DNA of 64,000 nucleotides from Pseudovirgaria hyperparasitica (Eukaryota): NCBI GenBank assembly GCA_010093815.1, contig ML996579.1; one strand, 5' to 3'. Shown piece by piece: positions 50,675 to 64,000 of this stretch (position 1 is its first letter; each line of letters starts with the position of its first letter). The notes under the pieces were generated by a model. It saw only the letters and a program-made list of their open reading frames with translations, ran no database searches and was not told where the DNA came from. The position numbers and the translations under genes were made by a program.

Positions 50675-53312
50675 TTCACGAGACACTTTGCCGCAACAGG
50701 AAATCGCATAAGAATATACCTAGCTATTGTGAGAGGCTTGGTGATAGCTCCTCAGAGCTCTCTTGTGCATGCGGCTGATTATAGGGCAATATAAGCAGGT
50801 AGCTCGGGTAACGACGTCATCCCGCAAGTGAAACAGTGAAAACAACCTTGGGACTCTTCACAGCACGTGTGGCGTACAACATACTATAAGTCCTCCAGTG
50901 TCTACACTTCCGTTCGACCAGAATGTCTTTCAACCTCAACTAGAGTAGCATTCGCTGACCTTTTCTCTGAGCCACACTATGGCTGTGCATATCTTGTATT
51001 GCTAGAAAAAGAATAGAAGCCGCCTACTGTACTGCTGGAATGCGATCGTGGCTTTAAGGCTTTTTGCACTGGATTCCAGTAGTGATTAAGAGGTTGCAGT
51101 CTGATAGGCCGGACTTTTCAGGCTGTATGTCTACCTGTCTAAGAGTTTGCTCTGCATGGCCAGGATTCCTCCATGACCTCGATGATTGTCGATACGAAAC
51201 CCCCGGAGATAGCGTACTTACTGGAAAGTACGCAACTTCTTGGAGGGTCTCGGGCATAGATATGTTGAATGGCATGAATGGGCAGGAGTCACAATAATGG
51301 GTGTTGCTGCTTCCGTGGCCGGTGGAGGGTAGAATGAGAGGGATGTAACGAAAGGTCTTGTGAGGCTTTTTGCTCTCCATATGAAAGGTTGGATCCATTG
51401 CTGTACCGCACAGCAGGTAATTTCTGATGGTGAGCAAGTGCAAAAGACGAAAGGATGTACTGGGTTCGGCCACGTCCAATCGGAACCTACAGGCGGGATG
51501 ACCGAGTGAACAGTGGTAGCGTATGATCGGTCGCCCAGATACTATTATCAAATGTTCTTTAAGGCTGACCAATGGAGTCCAGGAGGCGACAGACATGAAG
51601 TGGGAGTATTCGGGCAGCCAGCCTGCATAAATGCGGGGCATAGACTGTCACTTGTAGGTCTAAACACACAATGTTTCAGGTGCCAGATGTGGCTGTTCGT
51701 CCGAACGTCTAGAAACAGGCCATGTGCGAAGTGTCGGAGATATATTAGTAGAGAGAGTAGAGTTAAACATCCAGAAGATTTGTTTCTATCTTTGTTTAGA
51801 GCATTGAAACATCTAGTAAGGATGTGTTCGGCCCTGCTCATTTCATTACATACGTACAGCATGCATGTTTCTAGCTGATGCCATGCAATAAATAGGACGG
51901 AGGATGTTCGTTACAACCATATTATCGAAGAGAGATTGCCGAACTTGGAACTGATCCTGTAGATGCAAAGGCCACTGCTTTGAGGCGTATGGTCAGAACA
52001 TATGGATATGTCAACTTATGTCTCAAAGCCCGGGAGCGATTAACATTGTTTATCATCGTATGTTCCTACTGAGCGAAACCTGCTGCAAGTCCACGTGCTG
52101 AGGGATTATTTAGCCCTGTGGATCGGCTGGTCCGTGGATTCATGCAAAGATCAAGGTGAGAGTTGTCGTGGTAGCCCGAGGAGATGGATTATGGGAGAGT
52201 ATGTCACCTCGTCATGGCGTCACAGGCTCTACCAGTGAGAGACATGGAAGGCTTCTCTAAAGAATTCCTTCTTTGCGTATGGTGTAACACTAGGGCTGGT
52301 ATCAGCGTAGTCAGAACAAAAAGCCAGGGCCAGCGTCCCCTTATCGCCAGCCCACAAGCCCCGCCAGCCACTCAACTTTAGCCGTGGGGGCCCCTGAAAA
52401 TCTCGTGCTTCTTGATGGCATGGAAGGCCTGATCGTTATGCCCTCCACACACAAACTTGAGCCTCATCCAGTCCCTATTCCCGTTACGGCTATTGATACC
52501 ACCTCTCAGCCCACATGTGTCATGACTTCTCCTTCTCCCCTCCCTACTACTACAATGCTACTACTACAGTACTACGAAGGGAGCTCGAGCCAACCTAGAC
52601 TGTGGAGAAAGTAGAAAGTTTAGAAACGTCTCGACTTGTCTTCCCTGATCGAAGCTTGCTTTCAATGCCCGAGCGGTAGGACAGCATGTCTGCCAATGGA
52701 TATATATCTTGATGAGATGCCCTGCATGTAGCACTTTTTTCTTCTCTCGCTATCGCTGAGTCGACACCAAATATCACTTTCCTTTCGCATATCATTTGCA
52801 TTTTGCTTCGCGTGCCTGTGGCATCGCGTGCTTTCATTGACATCGTCGTCTTCCACCCTATTCTGAGCACACACTCTCATTCCGTGTACTTTGCCACTCA
52901 CTCAATCTACTTGCAAACTCTCCAGCTGTTGATTGTCTGGCCTGTGATTCACTCTCTACGTGGGTCTGTGTTGTGTCTAGGTATGTAGCTCGCCATCACT
53001 ACACTGCTCAACAATCACTCGCACCGAGTCTCGATTGTAATGCCCCACTTTTCGCATAAAGTCTTAAATCTATTGAGAGACGCGGTGGCAACAATAGCAT
53101 ACTATTTTCTATTGACTTTGCCTTACACTGCTGCGTCCTGCGCCTGAATATATCAAGGCCGACTCTTCCAATTTTTTACAATCCTCGAAACTAATCTCTT
53201 GTATAGATCGTGTTCCAGACGACCATTTTTGCAGTCTTTAACTACCAATCGATAGCCGGCCTATCGATCTCTCAGCAAAGCAAGCTCAGCAGTTGGAATC
53301 TACCATTTCAAC

Positions 53313-54716
53313 ATGTTCACGTCTTCACTCGCATCATGCCTGGCCCTCGCCCTGCTCAGCACGGCAAACGCCCATATGGTCATGTCCAATCCCAAGCCCC
53401 CTAACTTCGGGGTTCTTCGAAACGCTCCCATGACGAGCAATATCTGGCCTTGTAAGATCGGTGAAACGACGAAAGTTGAAGGTCAGGCCCCTATAATCTA
53501 TGCCTTCGATGATCCATCGTACGGCGCCGTCACCAAAGCGCAAGCTGGAAAGTCGATGGAAGTCGAATTCACTGGCAGCGCTGTCCATGGTGGTGGATCT
53601 TGCCAGTTCAGTGTCAACTATGGGGACACTCCAAGCAAGAACGTAGAGGATTGGAAAGTAATTCACACCATCCTAGGTGGCTGTCCAGCCCAACATGAGG
53701 GAAATCTAGATGAAGGAGGAAATGATAAGCGGGGGCACGCGAAGGGTCTGACCTGTAAGAACGCAGGTCAAGACAAGAGTACCGGTACAAATTGTGTACG
53801 GGCCTTTGACATCCCGATTCCCAAGGACATCCAAAACGGCAAGGCTTTCTTTGCATGGACATGGTTCAACCATATCGGCAATCGCGAGATGTACATGAAC
53901 TGTGCCCCTATTCAGATTACTGGTGGAAAGGATGATTCATCCGGAGTCTCAAAGCTTCCCACCTTGTTTGCTGCTAATATGGGTGGTGCACCAGGCACTT
54001 GTAACACCGGTGAGGGGATCCTCTCTATCCCTGACAAACACATAGGACAGTCTGTAGTGAACAACCTCAAGTCTGTCGACGAAGCTAGCATCGGTAACTG
54101 TGGCAAAGCTGGCACTGGCCATGGTAACGCTGGTGGATATGGAGGGGATGCTTCTGCCCCCTCGTCTCCTGCATCCGTTCCATCATCTGCTGCGTATTCC
54201 GAGGGCGACAAGCCTGCGCCAACTCCATCGCCACCCGCAAAGAACCCTCCGACAGCTCCAACGCCCGGAAAAAACCCGCCAGCAGCCCCGGCGTCATACG
54301 AGAAGAGCCCTCCAGTAGCTCCTTCGCCCGCAGAGGACACTCCAGCACCCCCCTCATCATCCAAGGAGAACCCTCCGGCTTTGTCGCCGGCCAAGGATAA
54401 CACCACCGAAGTACCCTCGGACGGCTACTCTCCCGCCTCGTCACCGGCCAAGGACAACGCTACCGAAGTTCCTTCAGACAGCTACGCTCCCGTGGGAAGC
54501 GGCCCTGCGTCTTCGAGCAATGGTGTCCCTTGCAAGCCAGATGGCGCCATTATATGCATCTCGGATACCCAATGGGGTACGTGCAATCACGGATTTGCCG
54601 TGCCTCAAGCTGTCTCCGCCGGGACTGTCTGTAGCGGTACTGCCATCAAAGCCCTTGCCAAGTCGAAACGTCACAGCATCCACCACCTACGCTCTCATCC
54701 CCGCTCTTTCATATGA
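53313..54716 (+). CDS. Secreted AA11 lytic polysaccharide monooxygenase with P/S linker and C-terminal Cys module (X278/CBM19-like)
   Basis: Signal cleavage ANA|H gives an N-terminal His; AVHGGGSCQ and WTWFN..GNREMYMNCA; C-terminal CKPDGAIIC...WGTCNHG...VSAGTVC. Confidence 0.88.
   Translation: MFTSSLASCLALALLSTANAHMVMSNPKPPNFGVLRNAPMTSNIWPCKIGETTKVEGQAPIIYAFDDPSYGAVTKAQAGKSMEVEFTGSAVHGGGSCQFSVNYGDTPSKNVEDWKVIHTILGGCPAQHEGNLDEGGNDKRGHAKGLTCKNAGQDKSTGTNCVRAFDIPIPKDIQNGKAFFAWTWFNHIGNREMYMNCAPIQITGGKDDSSGVSKLPTLFAANMGGAPGTCNTGEGILSIPDKHIGQSVVNNLKSVDEASIGNCGKAGTGHGNAGGYGGDASAPSSPASVPSSAAYSEGDKPAPTPSPPAKNPPTAPTPGKNPPAAPASYEKSPPVAPSPAEDTPAPPSSSKENPPALSPAKDNTTEVPSDGYSPASSPAKDNATEVPSDSYAPVGSGPASSSNGVPCKPDGAIICISDTQWGTCNHGFAVPQAVSAGTVCSGTAIKALAKSKRHSIHHLRSHPRSFI
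54384..54490 (+). repeat. 57-bp coding duplication in LPMO linker
   Basis: SPAKDNTTEVPSDGYSPAS followed by SPAKDNATEVPSDSYAP. Confidence 0.8.
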
Positions 54717-55316
54717 GATCCAGCTCTTGACAAACCGGCAGCGTTAGCATTACAGGCTTGATAGCCGATCGCACTGAGTGCAGTCTGTTTAGGACAAGCG
54801 AGTCTTCTGGAACTTGAGAGAAGGCTGGCACTCAGGTGGGAGCGTTTGTATTGCTCTGGATGGCATTTTGGCATGATTGTACATTGAGTGTTCTGCAAGA
54901 CTTCGACTGCTCGAATCGACTTTTGCTTCGCTCCTTTTTCGTGTGGACATACTTCTCTTCTTCTGATCTACATGCCTTAAGTAGTCATGCCGATTATCTC
55001 TTCAACTCTCCTGTACATGCCACTGGCATTCAGATACATCTGTGCAAGCCGCAGATAGAAAATGAATACACGCCAAGAAGCGGACTACAGCTTTAAAACC
55101 TAACTGTGCTGTGAATCTTTTAAGTTGCGCGCATGTCCGCCACCTGCCAAATATGAATTCGTTGTAATAGAGTAAGACTGCCAAAGTCCCAATGTGAAGC
55201 AGTGAAGCCTAATTCCAATGATATTCCAGAGCAATATCTGAAAAGTGCGTCTCCTGATAGAAAGTAGCTCCACTGGAAAGGCGCGGGGCAATTCCGCCGC
55301 GCCGCAGAATCTCATC

Positions 55317-56201
55317 ATGTCTTCTCTCGCAGATGAATTACTCTCAATCAATTCAATCTATGGTGAAAATACGCTCGAGCTTGAATCTGCAGCACTTTCA
55401 GATCCAAACAACGCGCCGTCGATTTGCATCCTTCGTCTCCCCACTCCTCCCTCAATCACACTCCGCCTCGAGTTCCCTCCCAACTATCCAGACGCTCCAC
55501 CATCAATCCTCGGCACGCAGAGTGTAGGTCATGACATACGCAAAGGCTTTGGCAACGAAGTCGTGAACGTCGTCAGAGACACTCTAGCGAAAGTCTACGA
55601 GCCCGGCGCGCCATGCATCTTCGACCTACTAGAAGATGTTGGCGAGGCCATTGCACAACAAGAGGAGCGAAGGCCCGAACAACACTTAGAAGAGCACAAC
55701 GTGGGCGATGAAGACAATGAGGAAGGGCAAACGACGAAGAAAGATTGCTTTACACAGCAACCTTCGTCCATGCTAGACCATGAGCCTCTCTGGACACTTT
55801 CCGACCCGATAAACGAGAAGAAGTCACTATTCCTCGCGTGGGTCGCGCCCGTAAGCTCAACTGCCCAAGCACACGCCTACGTCTCGCATCTTGTCTCCAC
55901 GGACAAGAAAGTCGCCAAGGCAACCCATAATATCACGGCGTGGCGGATAGAGGGTGGAAATGGCGCTGTCTTTCAGGACTGCGATGACGATGGCGAGACT
56001 GCTGCTGGGGGTCGACTTCTGCATCTTTTGCAGATCATGGATGTCTGGAATGTTATGGTTGTAGTGAGTAGGTGGTATGGTGGGATTAAGCTGGGTCCTG
56101 ATCGCTTCCGACTTATCAATCAGGTCGCGAGGAATGGCTTGTTGAAGGCAGGGTTTGTGAAAGAAGAGAAGGAAGCAGGATCGAAGAAGGGTAAAAAATG
56201 A
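55317..56201 (+). CDS. YIH1: IMPACT/Yih1 (RWD + UPF0029 domain), Gcn2 regulator
   Basis: ELLSINSIY, FPPNYP (RWD), EKKSLF, ATHNITAWR, DDDGETAAG, VSRWYGGIKLGPDRF. Confidence 0.93.
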   Translation: MSSLADELLSINSIYGENTLELESAALSDPNNAPSICILRLPTPPSITLRLEFPPNYPDAPPSILGTQSVGHDIRKGFGNEVVNVVRDTLAKVYEPGAPCIFDLLEDVGEAIAQQEERRPEQHLEEHNVGDEDNEEGQTTKKDCFTQQPSSMLDHEPLWTLSDPINEKKSLFLAWVAPVSSTAQAHAYVSHLVSTDKKVAKATHNITAWRIEGGNGAVFQDCDDDGETAAGGRLLHLLQIMDVWNVMVVVSRWYGGIKLGPDRFRLINQVARNGLLKAGFVKEEKEAGSKKGKK

Positions 56202-56493
56202 GCATGAATGCTGGAGTGGATACAAATAGTCTCATGCTCAGCTGGAATGCGTTCCTGGGCTTCTATGTTTATGCTTAGATTCAAGCGTCATCGAATCTTT
56301 AGAATTGTGAGATACCTCAGTCTGCCAATCTGGTATTCAGAGCTGTATTAGGCCTAGTATATAAGTAGGGGTCCTTCCTTACAACTTACAACCTCCAACC
56401 TCTCAAACCACCCACCCAAGCTGCAGCCTACATTCACAGTCCAAGCTTCGAGTCATGGATGGCACTAAGCCCTTACGGGCCAGCCAGGGTCTA

Positions 56494-56527
56494 GTCACGT
56501 GCCACTAATTTTCCTCTGACTATATAA
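56494..56527 (+). promoter_or_regulatory. U4 promoter: GTCACGTG plus TATATAA box
   Basis: gtcacgtg at 56494-56501 and tatataa at 56521-56527. Confidence 0.6.
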
Positions 56528-56609
56528 CCGCGTGCCCCTCGCGTCTCTTTTCAATCTCTATCTAAGTTTGTCTTCCCTCTCTCGACTGCTTGCTTGACTT
56601 GCTAACAAC

Positions 56610-56740
56610 ATCTCAGGTGCAGTGGCGTTACGCATAGCAGTGAAGATTCGTCTGAGCTTGCGTTTTTGCTAGTTGAAAACTACTTTAACTGACTGCTCCT
56701 GTTGGTCTTCGTGATCGGCAGGGAATTTTTGGAACCTTCT
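56610..56740 (+). ncRNA. U4: U4 spliceosomal snRNA
   Basis: GTGCAGTGGC (U6 stem II partner), 5' stem-loop/K-turn ACGCATAGCAGTGAAGATTCGTCTGAGCTTGCGT, TTTTGCTAGTTGAAAA (stem I region), 3' stem-loop, Sm site AATTTTTGG. Collinear with yeast and human U4. The exact 5' end is uncertain (see findings). Confidence 0.93.
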
Positions 56741-56969
56741 TTTTATGTGAGAATCACACCTCGCAAACCTTTTTTTCATTGATCGTTTGGCCATTGTGCT
56801 GATCATCAGGGAAGAGAGTATCCCTTGTTCCTTACCTTTCGTTCTGCTTATATCGTCGGAAAGACCCTCGAGCGTCCTCTCATCGTATCGTTGACGTGAG
56901 ACTCGGAAAGTGTGGAAGGGCCTGCGTCTTACGTGTGACACTTCTTGAGCGTCTCTCCCAGCCAGCATC

Positions 56970-58175
56970 ATGGCGAAAACAAAGACAGTCCTGATCACTG
57001 GAGGTCAGTCTCTATCTTAGAGCCATGTCGACGCGTTGCTAACCTTTGAAGCCACTGGCTTACTTGGTCGTGAGGTACGACGGATTTTTGACGAGAGAGG
57101 TTGGGCTGCTTTAGGCACCGGCCTCACAAGAGCCTCACCTCCCTCCGTGCTCAAGCTCGACATTACAGATCAAGATGAGATCGAGACTGTTTTGAAAGAA
57201 ACCAGGTATGTTCACACATCGTCGATACACAGCTATAGCGTCGAACCTGACATTATCACCTCAGACCTGAAGTTATCGTGCACTGTACGCAACTCCACGC
57301 AAAGCGAACTTCCATCTTACTTCACATTAACCTTGATTACACTTCTCGAGACTTGCATATCGCTCATACATCATAGGCGCTGCCAACAGATACCCCGATA
57401 AATGCGCTGCCGATCCCACTGCTGCTCGAGCATTGAACGTTACTGCCACCGCAAACCTGGCGAACTCTGCCCGACATTGCGGAGCCTTCTTCCTCTACAT
57501 ATCCACCGACTACGTCTTTTCTGGCCGCCCAGGTGAAGCTCCATACCAAGTAGACGCTGTCACCGGCCCTACCAACGAATACGGTAAAACAAAGCTTGAA
57601 GGAGAAAGGGCAGTTAAAGAGGCAGTATCACACGGTGCGAATGCCGCAATTTTGCGAGTCCCTGTTCTCTATGGTACGAGCCCAGAAGACGACGCTTCAC
57701 AGAGCGCTGTCAACTCCTTGATTCCATTAGTGTACAAGGCAGGCAGCATGACCCAAGAGCCAGCCAGCATTAAAGTGGATGATTACGCGCAGCGGTTTCC
57801 CACGAATACTGCAGATGTAGCCCGCATTTGTGTCGATATCGCTGAGTTATACACAACGACGGAAAAGACAGAGAAGGAATTACCGCACCTCCTACATTTC
57901 TCAGGCGAGGAACAGTTCACAAAGTGGCAGATGTGCCAGAAGTTTGCCGAAATACTAGGCCTCCCACTTGACGGTATGGTGCCTGATAGACCAGAAGAGG
58001 GCGTTGGTGTGCAGCGGCCATACGACTGTCACCTCGATACTAGCTCGTTGAAAGACCTTGGTATTGACGTGAGCTGTGTCACATTCGAGACATGGTGGTA
58101 TGTCAGACCTGATACTTTTAAACTGACTAGCTGACCGCGAATAGGCGACGTGAACTTCGTGCCTTCCGTCACTAG
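56970..58175 (+). CDS. RmlD-like NAD(P)-dependent reductase (dTDP-4-dehydrorhamnose reductase/MAT2B family), 5 exons
   Basis: VLITGATGLLG, YISTDYVF, YGKTK, LRVPVLYG, RFPT, RPYDCHL; includes a 20-nt micro-exon at 57265-57284 and ends WWRRELRAFRH*. Confidence 0.88.
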
Positions 58176-59412
58176 TGACGATGCGATATTGCTTACACTG
58201 AGTGATCGTCGCACACTGTGAACGCGTGCAAAAGACAATCCGACAACGATTGATGGCTCAAAAGGCCCGGTATATCGCTTCGGAAGGATGTCTGAATGGA
58301 GAGCCCCGGTAGTGTATTCGTTCCATATAAACATTCCATTTCCTAGATCGACCATCGTCGTCTCGTATAGCAGTACTCTGCAAGGAGCGACAAGGGCGAT
58401 CGCTCTGGAGCGTCACTACTTTGACTCCAAACCGCCCAATACTATCGTATAGCATGCTTCTGCTGTGCTTGAGACTCTTTGCAATCAATCTCGCACGAAC
58501 TTCTCAATCCACTCTCGTATATCAGCCAAGCCCTTCGAACTGACAATACCTATCTGCTCTCCTCTGCTCCAAGGTTCAACGTCTCCACCGCTCCTACCAT
58601 GCGCAACTACTCAAATCTTTTGTTCTGGCTCGTATCAACGTCGTCTACTGTTTGCGTCGTCATTATGATCTACTCACTGAGAACGCGCTAGTGATGATCT
58701 GATATATGGCATTGGATGTGTGAAGTCTTTGCCCGCTGCAACTGCCAAATCAGACATTGAACATATGATATACTTAAATATCTTGTTGCGGTCGTCGACT
58801 ACATTCAATACATATACATATATAGTGCGTGGCTTGAACTTGGGGTCATTAATTAGTGCTGCCCCGCATCATACCTGGATCCCTGGATTCGGCCCTTTGT
58901 GCTGTGAACGTGGAAGCGACTGCCACAGGTCCTTGAGTCGGCCATCGTCGCCAACTGCCTGAATGTACCTCATGTTGACCACCTTGTCTTAAAATCTCTA
59001 TAGCCATTCAAATTCGCTAGACGAGTACCACGTATTTATTTTCTGACTTTCTCGAGGGCGTCGGCTCACAGCTTGTACCGCCAACAATTGCTGCCTTCAG
59101 GCGACCCTAGTCAATCCTGGTCGCGCGCCATCAGCTACTCCGACATCCCGCCTCCAGCCCTAAAGATTCCTCGATTCCTCATACAAGGTCCGGACAAACA
59201 GAGTATCTTCTTATTCTAAGAGACAGTCTCTCGAGCGAATTCCTTACTGTGCCTTACAGAGTATCCTCTTGACCACCTCTGCGCCTCTTGTGCTTGGCTG
59301 GAAGTACCCCTCCGATTGCTAAGGGTTCTGATACCCTCAACCGCCTGCCACATACGCACGCCACTGTCACCACTCAGCCTTCCGAAATCTTCCCTCTCGT
59401 AACTTAAGCGCC

Positions 59413-61469
<2,057 letters not shown>

Positions 61470-62047
61470 TGCCGATTACCCCCATGCTTGATCTTAATAC
61501 ATCTGGTGTATGGAATACCCATTGAAAATGGCTTTCGCACGGTGTCGCAGGTGGGCTAGACGTTCAAAGGTTTCGGGATACCAGGTTACACTCCCATTTA
61601 TACTCATGACGGTGACAATGGTCTATCAGATATGGCACGAAAGGGATCAAAGTAATACAAGTCTTTTTGGCTGTCTCCCTCACTGTAATAAACCAATGAA
61701 GTCCAATGATGGCGAGGGAAGTGTCAGATAGTGCGACGTTTCATTATTTTTTGGAAAAGGCCAATCTGTTCCCGGTGGACTGGAATGTCCTATTGGGGCT
61801 GGTCCTCTATTCTCAATATGAGATCAATTGACTTTATGACCGAATATTTCCAAACAATTTCAGACACTGCTCGGTCCTGTTGGCAGAATATGGCTAGGAC
61901 ATTAACAATTCCTATTTACGTCACAAAGTGTGGCTGGAAGCTATTGCATGTGGTCCCGCATGCAAGTGGTTCGAGCTATCCAGAATCTTGGCACAGTTCT
62001 ACCTCCGCAATCGTCAACCTATTGGTATTCGTTCTCATCCACCAATA

Positions 62048-64000
62048 ATGCCTCCGCGGCTCAGAGTCGCCCGTACTGCGTTCAAGTCTATACGGTGGTT
62101 TCAGGTGCCCGATACATTCGTATGCCCATCCTGCTCAACCTGGCGCCTGTCATACCCGCTCCGACGACAACGCGCATCGCTTTTCCGGACCTACATACGC
62201 AGCTATGCGTCGACTATTAGCTCGGCGACTACGATAAATGGATCGGCGCATATACCACCAGCTCATAAAGAGCTATATGAGGCTTTAGATGTGGTAAAGA
62301 GCGAGGCGGGAAGCTATGTGAACCTGAGCAGATTGCAGCTTGCGTTAAATGGGCTCGCGGCGAGAGATGCGGTCATACGAATTGCTGGTGAGTGAGAGAT
62401 GAGGAGAATTGTAAAGATCCTGTGCTGATCAGGCCGTATATCAGTGCTCTCTATTGGGGATTCGGGCATAGCGAGGCGCCTGGTGAAGGCGCTTCTTGCG
62501 GACCCGCTGGCCGAGGTAGAGGCCTGGGAGAAGGAGCTCGAGAATGGAGGGGATGGGCGAGCGCTATTATTGCGGTATGACTCGATTATATGCGTCGTGA
62601 ATGGCATGAAGCTAATGAGGTTGCAGATACGGCGAAGAAGATAGCGCATTTCTGAATGATAACCCTCTTGTCAAGACGATACATATACCATCTACAAGCC
62701 TACAACGGCATAACCTGGAGATCTTGGTCACATCTCTGAACATTGATCCCTCTAGTACCAGCCGATCACTCGCCACAGATAGTCCCCGCGATGCGTTTCT
62801 GATACCTACCATACAAATTCCTACATCTTTCTCTGGTCGGCAGACATTGGTCACATATCCTGTTCACAAGGCTGTTGTGGTTGGAAGGGGTATTGAGAGC
62901 GCTGTGGCATACGGCAGCTTCATGGCAGGTCATCATGATGATCAAGCGGATCGCGATATGTTGAAGGTCGCGATTGACATACCAGCTCCTGAAACAGAAA
63001 CAACAGAGAAAACATCTGCGCTCGCATGCAGTGTTGACATCCAATTAGCTGATGCGGCGATATCCACATTCCGTAAATCAGTAGCGAACTCTATAGCCTA
63101 TGAGAAAGGCTGGTTCAGGAGCGGACTTGCTCCACTCCAGAAATGGCTTGTAGAGGGCTCTGAAACGCCAACTACGTCCATCAAACCTGCTCTAGTAAAA
63201 CTTCTCAAATCTACGTTGGATGAATCGAAAACGAATGTTGCCATGGAGGAGAGCCAGTATCAGTCCAAACTTCTATCAGCATCCGTTCCCGCCGCCACCA
63301 AAACCTCAATCTCTACCAGCATTACCACCTGGGCCGAACACTCACACCGCGAGCTGCGCAACGAGCTGGATGAGGCCTTCACCAGCCACCAATGGCGTAG
63401 GATTTCATGGTGGAAACTATTCTTCCGCGTTGATGATGTGACAATGATCACATCTGATGTTCTCGAGCGTAGATGGTTGCTTAGTGCCGAGAAGGCTCTT
63501 ATATTCATAGGCGGTCGCCTTAAAGAAGCTGGATATTCGTTGGATGCAGCAGAGATAAGGATGACAACGAGCTCCGCCCTGCCTGATCTTATGGAGGCAA
63601 GATCGGAAAAGACTACTTCGGACACTAATGCTGAGAGCATAATTGGCCGCGAAGGTGGCGCTGAAAAGGCGGCATTAGAGAACACCACACACAATCTGAC
63701 ATCAAGGCACAAGGACCTACCATCCTTTATCCGGCTCACTCGCGAGCATCTCCTCAACGACACTATTCCCCCTCTACAAGCACTTGCCCAATTGCTAGTG
63801 CTTCAGACATACTCAACAGCAGGTCTGATGTCAGCACTGGCAGGACTAACCTACGTGGCGTCGCCAGCATGGTCACCCGAAGCTGGAGCAATTGCAGCCC
63901 TGGGCGTGGTGTACTCTCTGCGCCGACTACAGAGGCGATGGGAAGGCGCGAGGGAGTACTGGGAGGCCGACGTGCGAGAGCAGGCGCGGAAAGCGCTCAA
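62048..64000 (+). CDS. Conserved mitochondrial membrane protein, possibly Mmc1-like (truncated by window end)
   Basis: Basic presequence-like N-terminus, VNLSRLQLAL, ALLADPL, WRRISWWKLFFRVDDV, and a C-terminal hydrophobic hairpin; introns at about 62388-62444 and 62575-62627. The family name is from recall. Confidence 0.7.

Noticed and set aside
50811..50820. ACGACGTCAT as a CYS3/MetR site upstream of sulfite oxidase
   Set aside because: Single imperfect match to ATGRYRYCAT and equally a generic ATF/CRE-like site.
51054..51862. Minus-strand ORFs of 195 and 104 aa as a gene or pseudogene
   Set aside because: No recognisable domain, non-ATG start or interrupting stops, and no consistent exon model.
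59198..59271. Direct repeat acagagtatc(t/c)tctt in the calcineurin upstream region
   Set aside because: Only two short copies, with no further structure or known motif.

Overview
Gene-dense genomic DNA from a filamentous ascomycete (Pezizomycotina; Dothideomycete-like is only an inference), with short GT-AG introns of about 50-60 nt and CTRAC branch points. I can support about 30 protein-coding genes. Housekeeping genes include an EngB/YihA GTPase, FMC1, RPL8, MRP10, POT1, NOB1, NOP10, LCL2, IMPACT/YIH1, calcineurin A, a sulfate permease and a sulfite oxidase. More variable genes include SET, GNAT, F-box-like, UVI-1-like, an AA11 LPMO and a MACPF-like protein. A spliceosomal U4 snRNA gene, invisible in the ORF track, lies at about 56610-56740. 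The most interesting observations are (1) a 51-nt intron-like element overlapping the 5' end of U4, (2) a leaderless MACPF-signature protein with a possible lectin-like C-terminal domain, (3) a cryptic splice donor in a hairpin loop in the long first intron of RPL8, and (4) GTCACGTG elements upstream of RPL8, NOB1 and U4. I recognised no transposons, tRNAs, rRNA or CRISPR arrays. Exon boundaries were read by eye and family calls come from motif recognition, not database searches.
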